From positions 23,880-87,879 of the forward strand of contig JBHPEA010000001.1 in the NCBI GenBank assembly GCA_042577505.1: a stretch of 64,000 bases of DNA, given 5' to 3'. Position 1 is the first letter of the stretch. Each line of letters begins with the position of its first letter. Source of the stretch: Nanobdellota archaeon. GTDB lineage: Archaea > Nanobdellota > Nanobdellia > Woesearchaeales > JACQSR01. This document shows positions 38,887-47,003 of this stretch, in pieces. The notes beneath the pieces are model-generated. The model was given only the letters and a program-made list of their open reading frames with translations, searched no databases and was not told the DNA's origin. Both the position numbers and the translations under genes were made by a program.

Positions 38887-39245
38887 AAAAAACAGGATCT
38901 TCAAACGAACACCTGATGGGACTTATTGCTAGTTTGAAGAAGGCTTCAATTGAGCAAAATAATAATTTATGGAAAAGAATCGCAACAGATTTAGAAAAAC
39001 CTTCAAGAAAAAGAAGATCTATTAACTTAGGAAAAATTGCAAAAGTATCTAAAGAAAATGATCATATAATAGTTCCTGGAAAAGTATTAGGGAGTGGAAA
39101 TTTACCTCATAAACTTACCATTTCTGCTTTCCAATTCTCAGGAAGCGCATTAGAAAAACTCCAACAAATCGGAGCTTCAATAGTCCCACTTAATGATTTA
39201 TTAAAAGAAAAACCAAATGGAAAAAAACTTAGAATTATAGGTTAA
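38883..39245 (+). CDS. rpl18e: 50S ribosomal protein L18e (eL18)
   Basis: …HIIVPGKVLGSGNL…ISAFQFSGSALEKLQQIGASIV…; 120 aa; ATGA overlap with the upstream gene. Confidence 0.75.
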   Translation: MKKTGSSNEHLMGLIASLKKASIEQNNNLWKRIATDLEKPSRKRRSINLGKIAKVSKENDHIIVPGKVLGSGNLPHKLTISAFQFSGSALEKLQQIGASIVPLNDLLKEKPNGKKLRIIG

Positions 39246-39246
39246 A

Positions 39247-39663
39247 ATGATAATCGACGCAAATAACAAAATCGTAGGAAGAATTGCAACAGTAGCTGCT
39301 AAAGCCTCTTTATTAGGTGAGAATGTAGACATTGTTAACTGCGAAAATTCATTTGTATCTGGGAATAAATATTCAGTAATTAAAGATTTTGAACACAAAA
39401 GAGAAAGAGGAAGCATGGCAAAAGGACCTTTTTGGCCAAGAAACCCAGAGAGGGTTGTAAGGAGAATAATCAGGGGCATGTTACCTTATAAGGCGGAAAG
39501 AGGAAGGAAAGCTTTCGAGAGGATTAAGTGCTATGTCGGAGTTCCGGATGGTATGGATATTACCAACTCAGAGAAAGTTAAGGGAGCTGAGATAACCAAA
39601 TTGAAAACATTAAATTATATTCAACTAAAAGACGTTTGTAAACAACTAGGTGCAAAAATATGA
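39247..39663 (+). CDS. rpl13: 50S ribosomal protein L13 (uL13)
   Basis: IIDANNKIVGRIATVAAKASLLGENVDIVNCE…RIIRGMLP. Confidence 0.85.
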   Translation: MIIDANNKIVGRIATVAAKASLLGENVDIVNCENSFVSGNKYSVIKDFEHKRERGSMAKGPFWPRNPERVVRRIIRGMLPYKAERGRKAFERIKCYVGVPDGMDITNSEKVKGAEITKLKTLNYIQLKDVCKQLGAKI

Positions 39664-40058
39664 AGACAATAGTTACATCGGGAAAAAGAAAGCGAGCAAT
39701 AGCAAGAGTTGCATTAAAAGAAGGTACTGGAAAATTAAGAGTAAACAACCTATCTATTGATAATTTCAAACCTACTATGTATAAATTGAAAATTCAAGAA
39801 CCATTGCTAATAGCATCAGACATAAGTCCTAAAATTGATATTGAAGTTAATATTAATGGCGGCGGAATGAGTTCACAAGCAGATGCTGCAAGGTTAGGTA
39901 TAGCTAAAGCACTAGTTCAATATTCAAAAGGAGATAAATTGAAAGAAACATTCCTTAATTATGATAGAACTTTGTTAGTAGGAGATGTTAGGCGTAAAGA
40001 AGTTTGCAAACCTAACGACTCTAAAGCTCGTGCTAAGAGGCAGAAGAGTTACAGATAG
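39660..40058 (+). CDS. rps9: 30S ribosomal protein S9 (uS9)
   Basis: SGKRKRAIARVALKEGTGKLRVNN…; C-terminal …AKRQKSYR. Confidence 0.9.
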   Translation: MKTIVTSGKRKRAIARVALKEGTGKLRVNNLSIDNFKPTMYKLKIQEPLLIASDISPKIDIEVNINGGGMSSQADAARLGIAKALVQYSKGDKLKETFLNYDRTLLVGDVRRKEVCKPNDSKARAKRQKSYR

Positions 40059-40406
40059 TTAGTCTTTAATTAGTAGTAACACACAGATTATTCTTTACTT
40101 CGAAAGTACCCACAGGACATTCGAAGATTTTTCTCGAAGATAGACCACTGGTCATCGGACATGTTCATGTGAGATATAAAAATCATTATTCACTTTCTTT
40201 CATAAAAAGAACACGCAAAACTGCCAAATTATGATTTTCGGTTAACTTGGAAATTTTCAATTTCTAAGTTCCCAGAAATCTTCGATTTCTGAGGACACCA
40301 AAAATCAATTACACAGTTTTGCTTAATGTTCTTTTCTTAATTGGGATTTCTTTTATGAAACGAAAAGAAATCTCAACAATAGAATGGGATTCTTGGAGTT
40401 AGCAAA

Positions 40407-41660
40407 ATGAAAGAAGAGAAAATAGATATGTTAGAATTTGTTCCTAAAGAGGTAATTAGCGGAAAAAACCATAATCACTATAGGTTGAACACAGACAAGG
40501 ATAACTTGTATATCTATTTGAATTACCAGGTTGATCAACATAATTCAAAGAGAGAACATTCTTGGACAATCCCGAGGTATATTTCGAGAACAAGTAATAT
40601 GTTTGAAGTTTTGGGTTTATTAAAAGCGGAGATGGGAAAGAAATGTGATGGGAAAATTGTTTTTTGTAACCATGAATTCAAATTAGTTAATAAGATCCTT
40701 GATTGGTTTGAAAGGGAATTAGAGTTTGGAAAAGAAAAGTGGAAGTGGTACATTAAAGTTAATATTAATGAACCATTGAATTTTTTTTACCGAAAGGAAA
40801 TTGAAGAAAAGGTTGTAAATCATTGGGCAAAAAATACTAATCTACCAATCGATCAATCATATCCAAAGAAAGTGAGTTATATTAGTAACACAAAAAATAC
40901 CCAAATTAAGTTTTTTGATTTTGGATCTCTGATAATTGAACGAAAAGTGAATCTGTTTAGTCAGATAGTAAAGAATTTTGTAGAGGCAATGTCAAAAAAT
41001 ATTCTTAACTTTGAAGACAATGAAATAAGATCTTTCATGAGGGGAATAATCGCAGGGGAATCTAATATAGAACTGCATAAAGCTTCAAAACATTATAGGG
41101 TGTATATCACTGCTAAATATTATGAAGAAAGAAAAATGTATCAAGATTGTTTAAAGAGACTAGGGATTGACTCAACGAATTATGAAAACTTTGAAGGATT
41201 AATAATCTCTAAAAAACAAAACAACCTCCAACTCTTAAAACAAAAATTAGTCTGCTTAAGCCCTAAAAAATATAACAAGTTTCTAAGAATGGTGGGTATG
41301 TATCAAGATATCCAAGATTCGAGATATTTTACTGGTATAAAGATACCACATAATATGATTCCGGATGAAATAGTAAATGAAGCTATTATACTTCATCTTG
41401 AGAATCCTATTTTACCTTGCTGGAAAATTGCTGAATTATTAGATATTAGTCCAATTAAAGTTAACCGAATTTTAAAAGAGCATAATTTAGGAAAAAGATT
41501 ACCCAAGACATCGAAAGATAAAATTAGTGAAATCATCAAAATACATAATGAAAATCCTAGATTGCACGCTTATCAAATTGCAAAAATGTGCGGTGTTCAA
41601 GAAGGTGTAGTATGGAGAATTAGAAGGAAACATAGACTAAAAAAGATCCAAAAGCTTTAA
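40407..41660 (+). CDS. LAGLIDADG-like homing-endonuclease-like protein with two C-terminal HTH modules, inserted in the r-protein/RNAP cluster
   Basis: Two LAGLIDADG-like motifs (VLGLLKAEMG, MRGIIAGESN) about 140 aa apart; C-terminal HTH-like repeats (CWKIAELLDISPIKVNRIL and AYQIAKMCGVQEGVVWRIR). Confidence 0.4.
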   Translation: MKEEKIDMLEFVPKEVISGKNHNHYRLNTDKDNLYIYLNYQVDQHNSKREHSWTIPRYISRTSNMFEVLGLLKAEMGKKCDGKIVFCNHEFKLVNKILDWFERELEFGKEKWKWYIKVNINEPLNFFYRKEIEEKVVNHWAKNTNLPIDQSYPKKVSYISNTKNTQIKFFDFGSLIIERKVNLFSQIVKNFVEAMSKNILNFEDNEIRSFMRGIIAGESNIELHKASKHYRVYITAKYYEERKMYQDCLKRLGIDSTNYENFEGLIISKKQNNLQLLKQKLVCLSPKKYNKFLRMVGMYQDIQDSRYFTGIKIPHNMIPDEIVNEAIILHLENPILPCWKIAELLDISPIKVNRILKEHNLGKRLPKTSKDKISEIIKIHNENPRLHAYQIAKMCGVQEGVVWRIRRKHRLKKIQKL

Positions 41661-41686
41661 AAATGGATGTGGTCTCCTTTGACTAT

Positions 41687-41884
41687 ATGATAATACCAAT
41701 TCGTTGTTGGAGCTGCGGAAAACCCATTGCACAGTTATGGGAAGAGTACAAAGAGAGAGTTGAGAAAGGCGAGCAAAAAAAGAAAGTCATGGACGAACTT
41801 GGCTTAGAAAGATATTGCTGCAGATCCATGTTCTTAGGAAATGTCGAACTAATAGAAACAGCAGCAGCTTTTAAGAAGAATTAA
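41687..41884 (+). CDS. rpoN: DNA-directed RNA polymerase subunit N (Rpb10 homolog)
   Basis: MIIPIRCWSCGK…YCCRSM zinc motif; 65 aa from the internal ATG; the track ORF starts at 41663. Confidence 0.8.
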   Translation: MIIPIRCWSCGKPIAQLWEEYKERVEKGEQKKKVMDELGLERYCCRSMFLGNVELIETAAAFKKN

Positions 41885-43259
41885 TTTCATTTCCTTCTTT
41901 CTTTAACATATGCCAATGCATAGGTTGACCTGTCAATACTTTTAGAATACCTAAATTCACATAGTAAGTTACAACAAGCCCATAACTAAACGATGCCATA
42001 AACACTTTATCCACTCTTGCCATATCTTTATCCATAATAACTGCAACTAGACTAGCTATCAACAAACCACTTGTTAGCAAAATATTCCTACTCATCTCCC
42101 CAAAGAACCTTGGCAGATCCATTGGGCCAGGTGGGTGTGTAATGAATGCTAATGTACCAAATAATAACAAGGTAAACAAAAGGAAAGTAAACATATATCC
42201 TGAACAAAATGAGAAAATAGCAAATTTAGATCTAAAACCCAATCTCCTACTCATCAATGCTCTCCAATGCATTTTAACAGAAGAAAAAACACCATAAGCC
42301 CATCTCATCTGTTGTTTATACAAATCCTTTGATGTATGTGGAACTTCACACCCACATTCCAAATCTTCTAAATAAATTAACTTTTTATTTTTAAGCAATA
42401 ATCTAATTGAACATTCAATATCTTCAGTCATACTTCCAGATAACCATCCACCAACTTCTATCAAATCCTTCTTTCTAATAGCCTCAGCAGAACCACAAAG
42501 CAAAGATACTTTTCCAAAATTCTTTACAAAAGGCATGATAAAATAGTGGAACACTTTGCTCATCGTGGCACCGAGCATTGTTATCAAATTTGTATTGGGA
42601 TTTATTATCTTCCACCTTGATTGAACGACTGATAGGTCTGGAATATGTTGATAAGGAGCAATTAACCTTCTCAAAAAATCTCTCTCAGGTAAAAAATCAG
42701 AATCAAATAAAACTAATATTTCTCCATTTGAGAATTTTAATAAATTATTAAGATTCCCTGGCTTATATCCAACATTTCTTTCCCTCTTGAAAACCTTGAT
42801 TTGTTCATGTGCATTTGCAAATTCAATTATCTTTTTCGAAATCTCTGGATTATTGCTATCATCACCTATCAATATTTCAAACTTATCTTTAGGATAATCA
42901 AATTCTAAACACCTTTTAGCACAATTTAATGCAGCAAGCTCATTTAAAGTTGGAATCTGAATAGAAACATAAGGTGCTTTTTCAGTGTCAAAAGAATAAT
43001 GATGAGTTTTTTTCTTAGATGTTAACTTATGAATCATTACAACATAAAATAACACAGATATTACGACAGTAACACCTAAGAAAGCATAGAATGTATTATT
43101 GAAAACCAAGTGTGTAAAATCTAGAAAATCTCTTCCAGCAGCATTGTACCACTCGAAAAATTCCCTTCCAGACACAACCGACCAATGTATTGCGTTTCTC
43201 AGAAACTCCGGTATCATTCTCCAAAATACTGTATTTCCCTCCTTATTATTCCAAGACAA
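41871..43259 (-). CDS. Processive family-2 glycosyltransferase (cellulose/chitin synthase-like) with TM helices
   Basis: DDSNN (DxD-like), DSDF, and QQMRWAYG (QxxRW) motifs; N- and C-terminal TM segments. Confidence 0.75.
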   Translation of the reverse strand: MSWNNKEGNTVFWRMIPEFLRNAIHWSVVSGREFFEWYNAAGRDFLDFTHLVFNNTFYAFLGVTVVISVLFYVVMIHKLTSKKKTHHYSFDTEKAPYVSIQIPTLNELAALNCAKRCLEFDYPKDKFEILIGDDSNNPEISKKIIEFANAHEQIKVFKRERNVGYKPGNLNNLLKFSNGEILVLFDSDFLPERDFLRRLIAPYQHIPDLSVVQSRWKIINPNTNLITMLGATMSKVFHYFIMPFVKNFGKVSLLCGSAEAIRKKDLIEVGGWLSGSMTEDIECSIRLLLKNKKLIYLEDLECGCEVPHTSKDLYKQQMRWAYGVFSSVKMHWRALMSRRLGFRSKFAIFSFCSGYMFTFLLFTLLLFGTLAFITHPPGPMDLPRFFGEMSRNILLTSGLLIASLVAVIMDKDMARVDKVFMASFSYGLVVTYYVNLGILKVLTGQPMHWHMLKKEGNEINSS

Positions 43260-43317
43260 ATATTAGCATTTAAAAACATTTTGGAGGGAAAGCAGAAAAA
43301 TTCAGAAAATAAGATTT

Positions 43318-43581
43318 CTACAGTGAAAGCAACCAAGTTTCCAATGAAGGGAAAAGAAGTATGATGACATATAGAAATCCAAACCAAAGTGGCAATATAC
43401 CTAATATTATCCCTGTGATAGCATACCACTTTCCTCCATAGACTTCAGGCTTCTTTTTAATCTCTCTAAGTGCTTTAAAACCATTATAAATAGCAAAAAC
43501 TCCCAATATTAGATTAAAGAGAGGAACAAAAAAGAATAGTCCCAGTATAAATGAAGTTTTTGCTCTAACTTTATTCTTCAT
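43318..43581 (-). CDS. Small membrane protein (DUF4190-like)
   Basis: Two hydrophobic helices; 87 aa. Confidence 0.35.
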   Translation of the reverse strand: MKNKVRAKTSFILGLFFFVPLFNLILGVFAIYNGFKALREIKKKPEVYGGKWYAITGIILGILPLWFGFLYVIILLFPSLETWLLSL

Positions 43582-43645
43582 AAAATGAGATTAATGCCCC
43601 CCTTAAAAAGACTTTTGCAAAAAATTTTTAAATGGTTAAATACTC

Positions 43646-44236
43646 TTGAATTGCATGGATAAATATGAAAAAGGAGGTATTGTAGTAACAATTCTGATCC
43701 AATTAGGTTTTATGTTTGCAGGATTTCTTGAAGGTCGTTTTTGGTTCTATCCTGATAACCTTATTTTCATCGCCCTTGCTATTATTGCATATGTTTACTT
43801 TGATAGACTAAGATTAAACATTGGAATGTTAATTCTAGCAAATGTTTTTTTTGTCTTACACGCATTAGGTTTTGCAGATTTTTATGCATTAAACCTACTT
43901 GGAATACCTTATGATAAAATCCTTCACTGGTACGGATTCGTTGTTGTTAGTATTCTGTTAATGAGGGTCCTTCCTAAAAGAATGAAGTTAACTAATCTTA
44001 AAAAATTCTTGATAATTGTTCTAATGTGTGTTGGTATTGGAGGAATTACCGAAATGGTTGAATTCAGCGGATTCTATTTCCTTGGCGAAGGAGAAGGATT
44101 CTTCTTTTTTGGTGCAGGAGATGGTGGATCAAAACTCCAAGGTTCTTGGCAAAACGCAATGACAGACATGATGGCAAACTTATTGGGTGCGATAACAGGA
44201 GTTATATTAGTACTTGTTTCTAAAAAATTTAGCTAA
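43646..44236 (+). CDS. Polytopic membrane protein, hypothetical
   Basis: Five hydrophobic segments; 196 aa. Confidence 0.4.
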   Translation: MNCMDKYEKGGIVVTILIQLGFMFAGFLEGRFWFYPDNLIFIALAIIAYVYFDRLRLNIGMLILANVFFVLHALGFADFYALNLLGIPYDKILHWYGFVVVSILLMRVLPKRMKLTNLKKFLIIVLMCVGIGGITEMVEFSGFYFLGEGEGFFFFGAGDGGSKLQGSWQNAMTDMMANLLGAITGVILVLVSKKFS

Positions 44237-44268
44237 TTTTATATAGTGGTACTACCAATTATCCCCTT

Positions 44269-44862
44269 ATGAAATACATCATATTAATTTTATTATCTTT
44301 AATCTTATCAAGTTGTTGCATTGATCAAGAGATTTGCAGAGATCCTGACTACAAAGATTGTTGCCCCAAAGATTGGGTATGTACTGATGGAATTGAATGC
44401 AAGGGATGCGGAGATGAAGTGTGCAACCTTGATGAAAACGTATCGACTTGTTCTAAAGATTGTGTAGAACCACAAATGTTTACTATTGCGGTTCATGATG
44501 AATTATTCAACGTAATGATTACTGATCCAGAAGAGATTGAATTGGCAAAAGAAGTATATTTCGGAATTGATCCCAGTAAAGGAAGTTGGAAAATGATTAT
44601 CGGTGATCTTGCTTTAGGGAATGATGGTTACAATGCAGATTGGAGTTGGCACTTAATCCCAAATACTGTAAGAGTGATAGATTCTAGTATCGAAGTTTGT
44701 GATGGAACTCCAAGCCATGTTGAAAACAATTTAAAATATTGGATGAACGTAGTTGGAGATTTCTGTCCTTGGGCAAGTAAGGTAGTCGGAATTTGCGGAG
44801 ATAGTATTTGTGACTATGAAGAAAAAGATTTCTGCTTTGGAGATTGTGGAGAACCCTCCTAG
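44269..44862 (+). CDS. Secreted Cys-rich protein sharing an N-terminal Cys module with the next gene
   Basis: Signal plus SSCCIDQEICRDPDYKDCCPKDWVCTDGIECKGCGDEVC…CSKDCVEP, a module paralogous to the N-terminus of 44904-46934. Confidence 0.55.
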   Translation: MKYIILILLSLILSSCCIDQEICRDPDYKDCCPKDWVCTDGIECKGCGDEVCNLDENVSTCSKDCVEPQMFTIAVHDELFNVMITDPEEIELAKEVYFGIDPSKGSWKMIIGDLALGNDGYNADWSWHLIPNTVRVIDSSIEVCDGTPSHVENNLKYWMNVVGDFCPWASKVVGICGDSICDYEEKDFCFGDCGEPS

Positions 44863-44903
44863 ATAGCTAATTTTATATACTATCTTTGTAAAAATAACTA
44901 GTT

Positions 44904-46934
44904 ATGAACAAATTATTAATAATTATTATTCTACTCTCTACTTTACTATTTTTATCAAGCTGTGAATGTATAGGAAGGGAACTCTGCGAGGATCCTGATT
45001 ATATACACGAATGTTGTGATTGGGGGATGCAATGTTTAAATGGGGTTAAGTGTATAATAGGTTCTTGCGGTGATGGTTTCTGCGAACGAGGTGAAGAAGA
45101 AACCTGTCCTGAAGATTGTGTATATTTTGCCTTAAATGTAACAGATATCCTTGGAAAATATGTATTATTGAATAGCCAAACTACTGGTAAGATAGATTTT
45201 TTTTCTTTTGACTGGGGTGATGGAACAACAGTCGTAGGAAACTTCCCACAAGAACACAAATACAATTACCCTGGCACATACAATATCAGTGTTAAAGCAT
45301 ACAAGAATGAATCCATGATTCTAGAAAAATCATCCACAATAAATATTGATGATTCCTGCATTATTAGTGGTATACCTATAACTAAGAATACTATGTTGGA
45401 TTTTGAAAATGATGTAAAGTATGACGTCATTGACATCTTAGAGGTATCAGCCACGCAAGTATCAAAAGAATATTTACAACTTTCCTTAATAGTCAAGAAT
45501 CCTAATGTTCCCTTTATGGGGCATGCAGGTCCAAGATTTAATTTCCATATCGACACCCTTGATACTCGTGGTGGAGAAGATTATCGAATAGAGATAATAG
45601 ATGTTAGTGGGTCGGGAGTAAATGAAACATGGCATTCATGGCTTATGAATAATAATGAAAATGGAAGGATAATCCAGCACTACCCCTCTATTAAATTAGG
45701 AAACACTTTCATAACATTAGTTCCACTTAATTTAATGCAACGGGAGCGTGATACTATAATCGTAAGAACAGAATCTTCTTGGCAAAACATAAATGATCAC
45801 GTCAATAGTTTTTCAATCACCTTAAATAATACGGACACACCAATAGTATCTATTGATTCCTCCGGTGATAAAATTTTTGGAAATAATGCACATTTCAACA
45901 ATTTAAGCAAAGGAGGATTATTAACTTTTAACCTAGTAGATAACTTTGGCCCAAAACCAATTAATTTCCCTGTCGAATTTTATAGTAGTTTTGAAAAAAG
46001 ATTAAACATCATAGAAAAAGATACTTTTATTGGTAATGGTGTTGGGATATCAATGGTGTATGCATATATCGATAACTGCTTTGTTGTCCCAGAACCAATA
46101 GTTGTAAATAATGGCAACTTTCTTTATGAAGGAACAAGGACAGCCTTTATTCTCGGAAACAATTATACCCAATATTCTTGGGCAACACAAATTACTGATA
46201 TCTTGAGTCAAATTGAATCCAATTTAGTTGGTAATGATCCTCATGAAGGCCAATTTCTGATAGTAGATGAGAGGGATAGCAACGTATTAGCAGGCCCTGA
46301 AGATCCAAATCCAATACCTGTTCCACTATATACCCCTACTAGTCCTATGAATGCCTGGTGGTATTTTGGACATGAATATGGCCATCACTTCCATGGAAAT
46401 ATTTTCATATTTACTCAATTAGTACCGGGTCAATATGGAGAATCCCTCCCCTCTGAAATATCACTTTATGCTTTACAGGAGATGATATCTCTACATGAAG
46501 AATTTGGATTAACACCTGAAGTAACGGAAAATCTTCAAAGGAATTTGGATAGTACGAAAGACGATTTCATGAGAGATCTTGGAAAATATGAAGCCGAAGG
46601 CGCTCCTTTCAAAGCTCTTTCTCAATGGCAAACCCCTTATGATCCAAATAATGTATTTAATGGTATGATAGTTAGAATTGAAGAGAATTTTGGAAGAAAT
46701 ACGATAGAGAATTTTTTCAAATTGTTTCAAAAAGATTACAAATTCATTGATCCTCCAGTTATCAATCAGATTAGACCTAATACCTTAGAAGAAACGCACA
46801 CCATGTGGGTTCTTTTATGGAGTCTTGCGGCAGAACAAGACTTGAGACCATTCTTTCAACAATGGAATTACCCAATACAAGAAGAGTATTATAATCGAGT
46901 TAAACCAGTTGTAGAAAGCCTTTTGTTAGTTTAG
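44904..46934 (+). CDS. Secreted Cys-rich module + PKD domain + HExxH zinc-metallopeptidase-like domain protein
   Basis: N-terminal CECIGRELCEDPDYIHECCDWGMQC…CGDGFC…CPEDCV; PKD signature FSFDWGDGTTVVG…YNYPGTYNISV; GHEYGHHFHG (HExxH). Confidence 0.55.
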   Translation: MNKLLIIIILLSTLLFLSSCECIGRELCEDPDYIHECCDWGMQCLNGVKCIIGSCGDGFCERGEEETCPEDCVYFALNVTDILGKYVLLNSQTTGKIDFFSFDWGDGTTVVGNFPQEHKYNYPGTYNISVKAYKNESMILEKSSTINIDDSCIISGIPITKNTMLDFENDVKYDVIDILEVSATQVSKEYLQLSLIVKNPNVPFMGHAGPRFNFHIDTLDTRGGEDYRIEIIDVSGSGVNETWHSWLMNNNENGRIIQHYPSIKLGNTFITLVPLNLMQRERDTIIVRTESSWQNINDHVNSFSITLNNTDTPIVSIDSSGDKIFGNNAHFNNLSKGGLLTFNLVDNFGPKPINFPVEFYSSFEKRLNIIEKDTFIGNGVGISMVYAYIDNCFVVPEPIVVNNGNFLYEGTRTAFILGNNYTQYSWATQITDILSQIESNLVGNDPHEGQFLIVDERDSNVLAGPEDPNPIPVPLYTPTSPMNAWWYFGHEYGHHFHGNIFIFTQLVPGQYGESLPSEISLYALQEMISLHEEFGLTPEVTENLQRNLDSTKDDFMRDLGKYEAEGAPFKALSQWQTPYDPNNVFNGMIVRIEENFGRNTIENFFKLFQKDYKFIDPPVINQIRPNTLEETHTMWVLLWSLAAEQDLRPFFQQWNYPIQEEYYNRVKPVVESLLLV

Positions 46935-47003
46935 ACAAAACCCAAGCCTGTTCTAGCTATTTTCCACTAAACATTTAAAAGTCACTTCTTTTTTCTATGC
47001 ACA

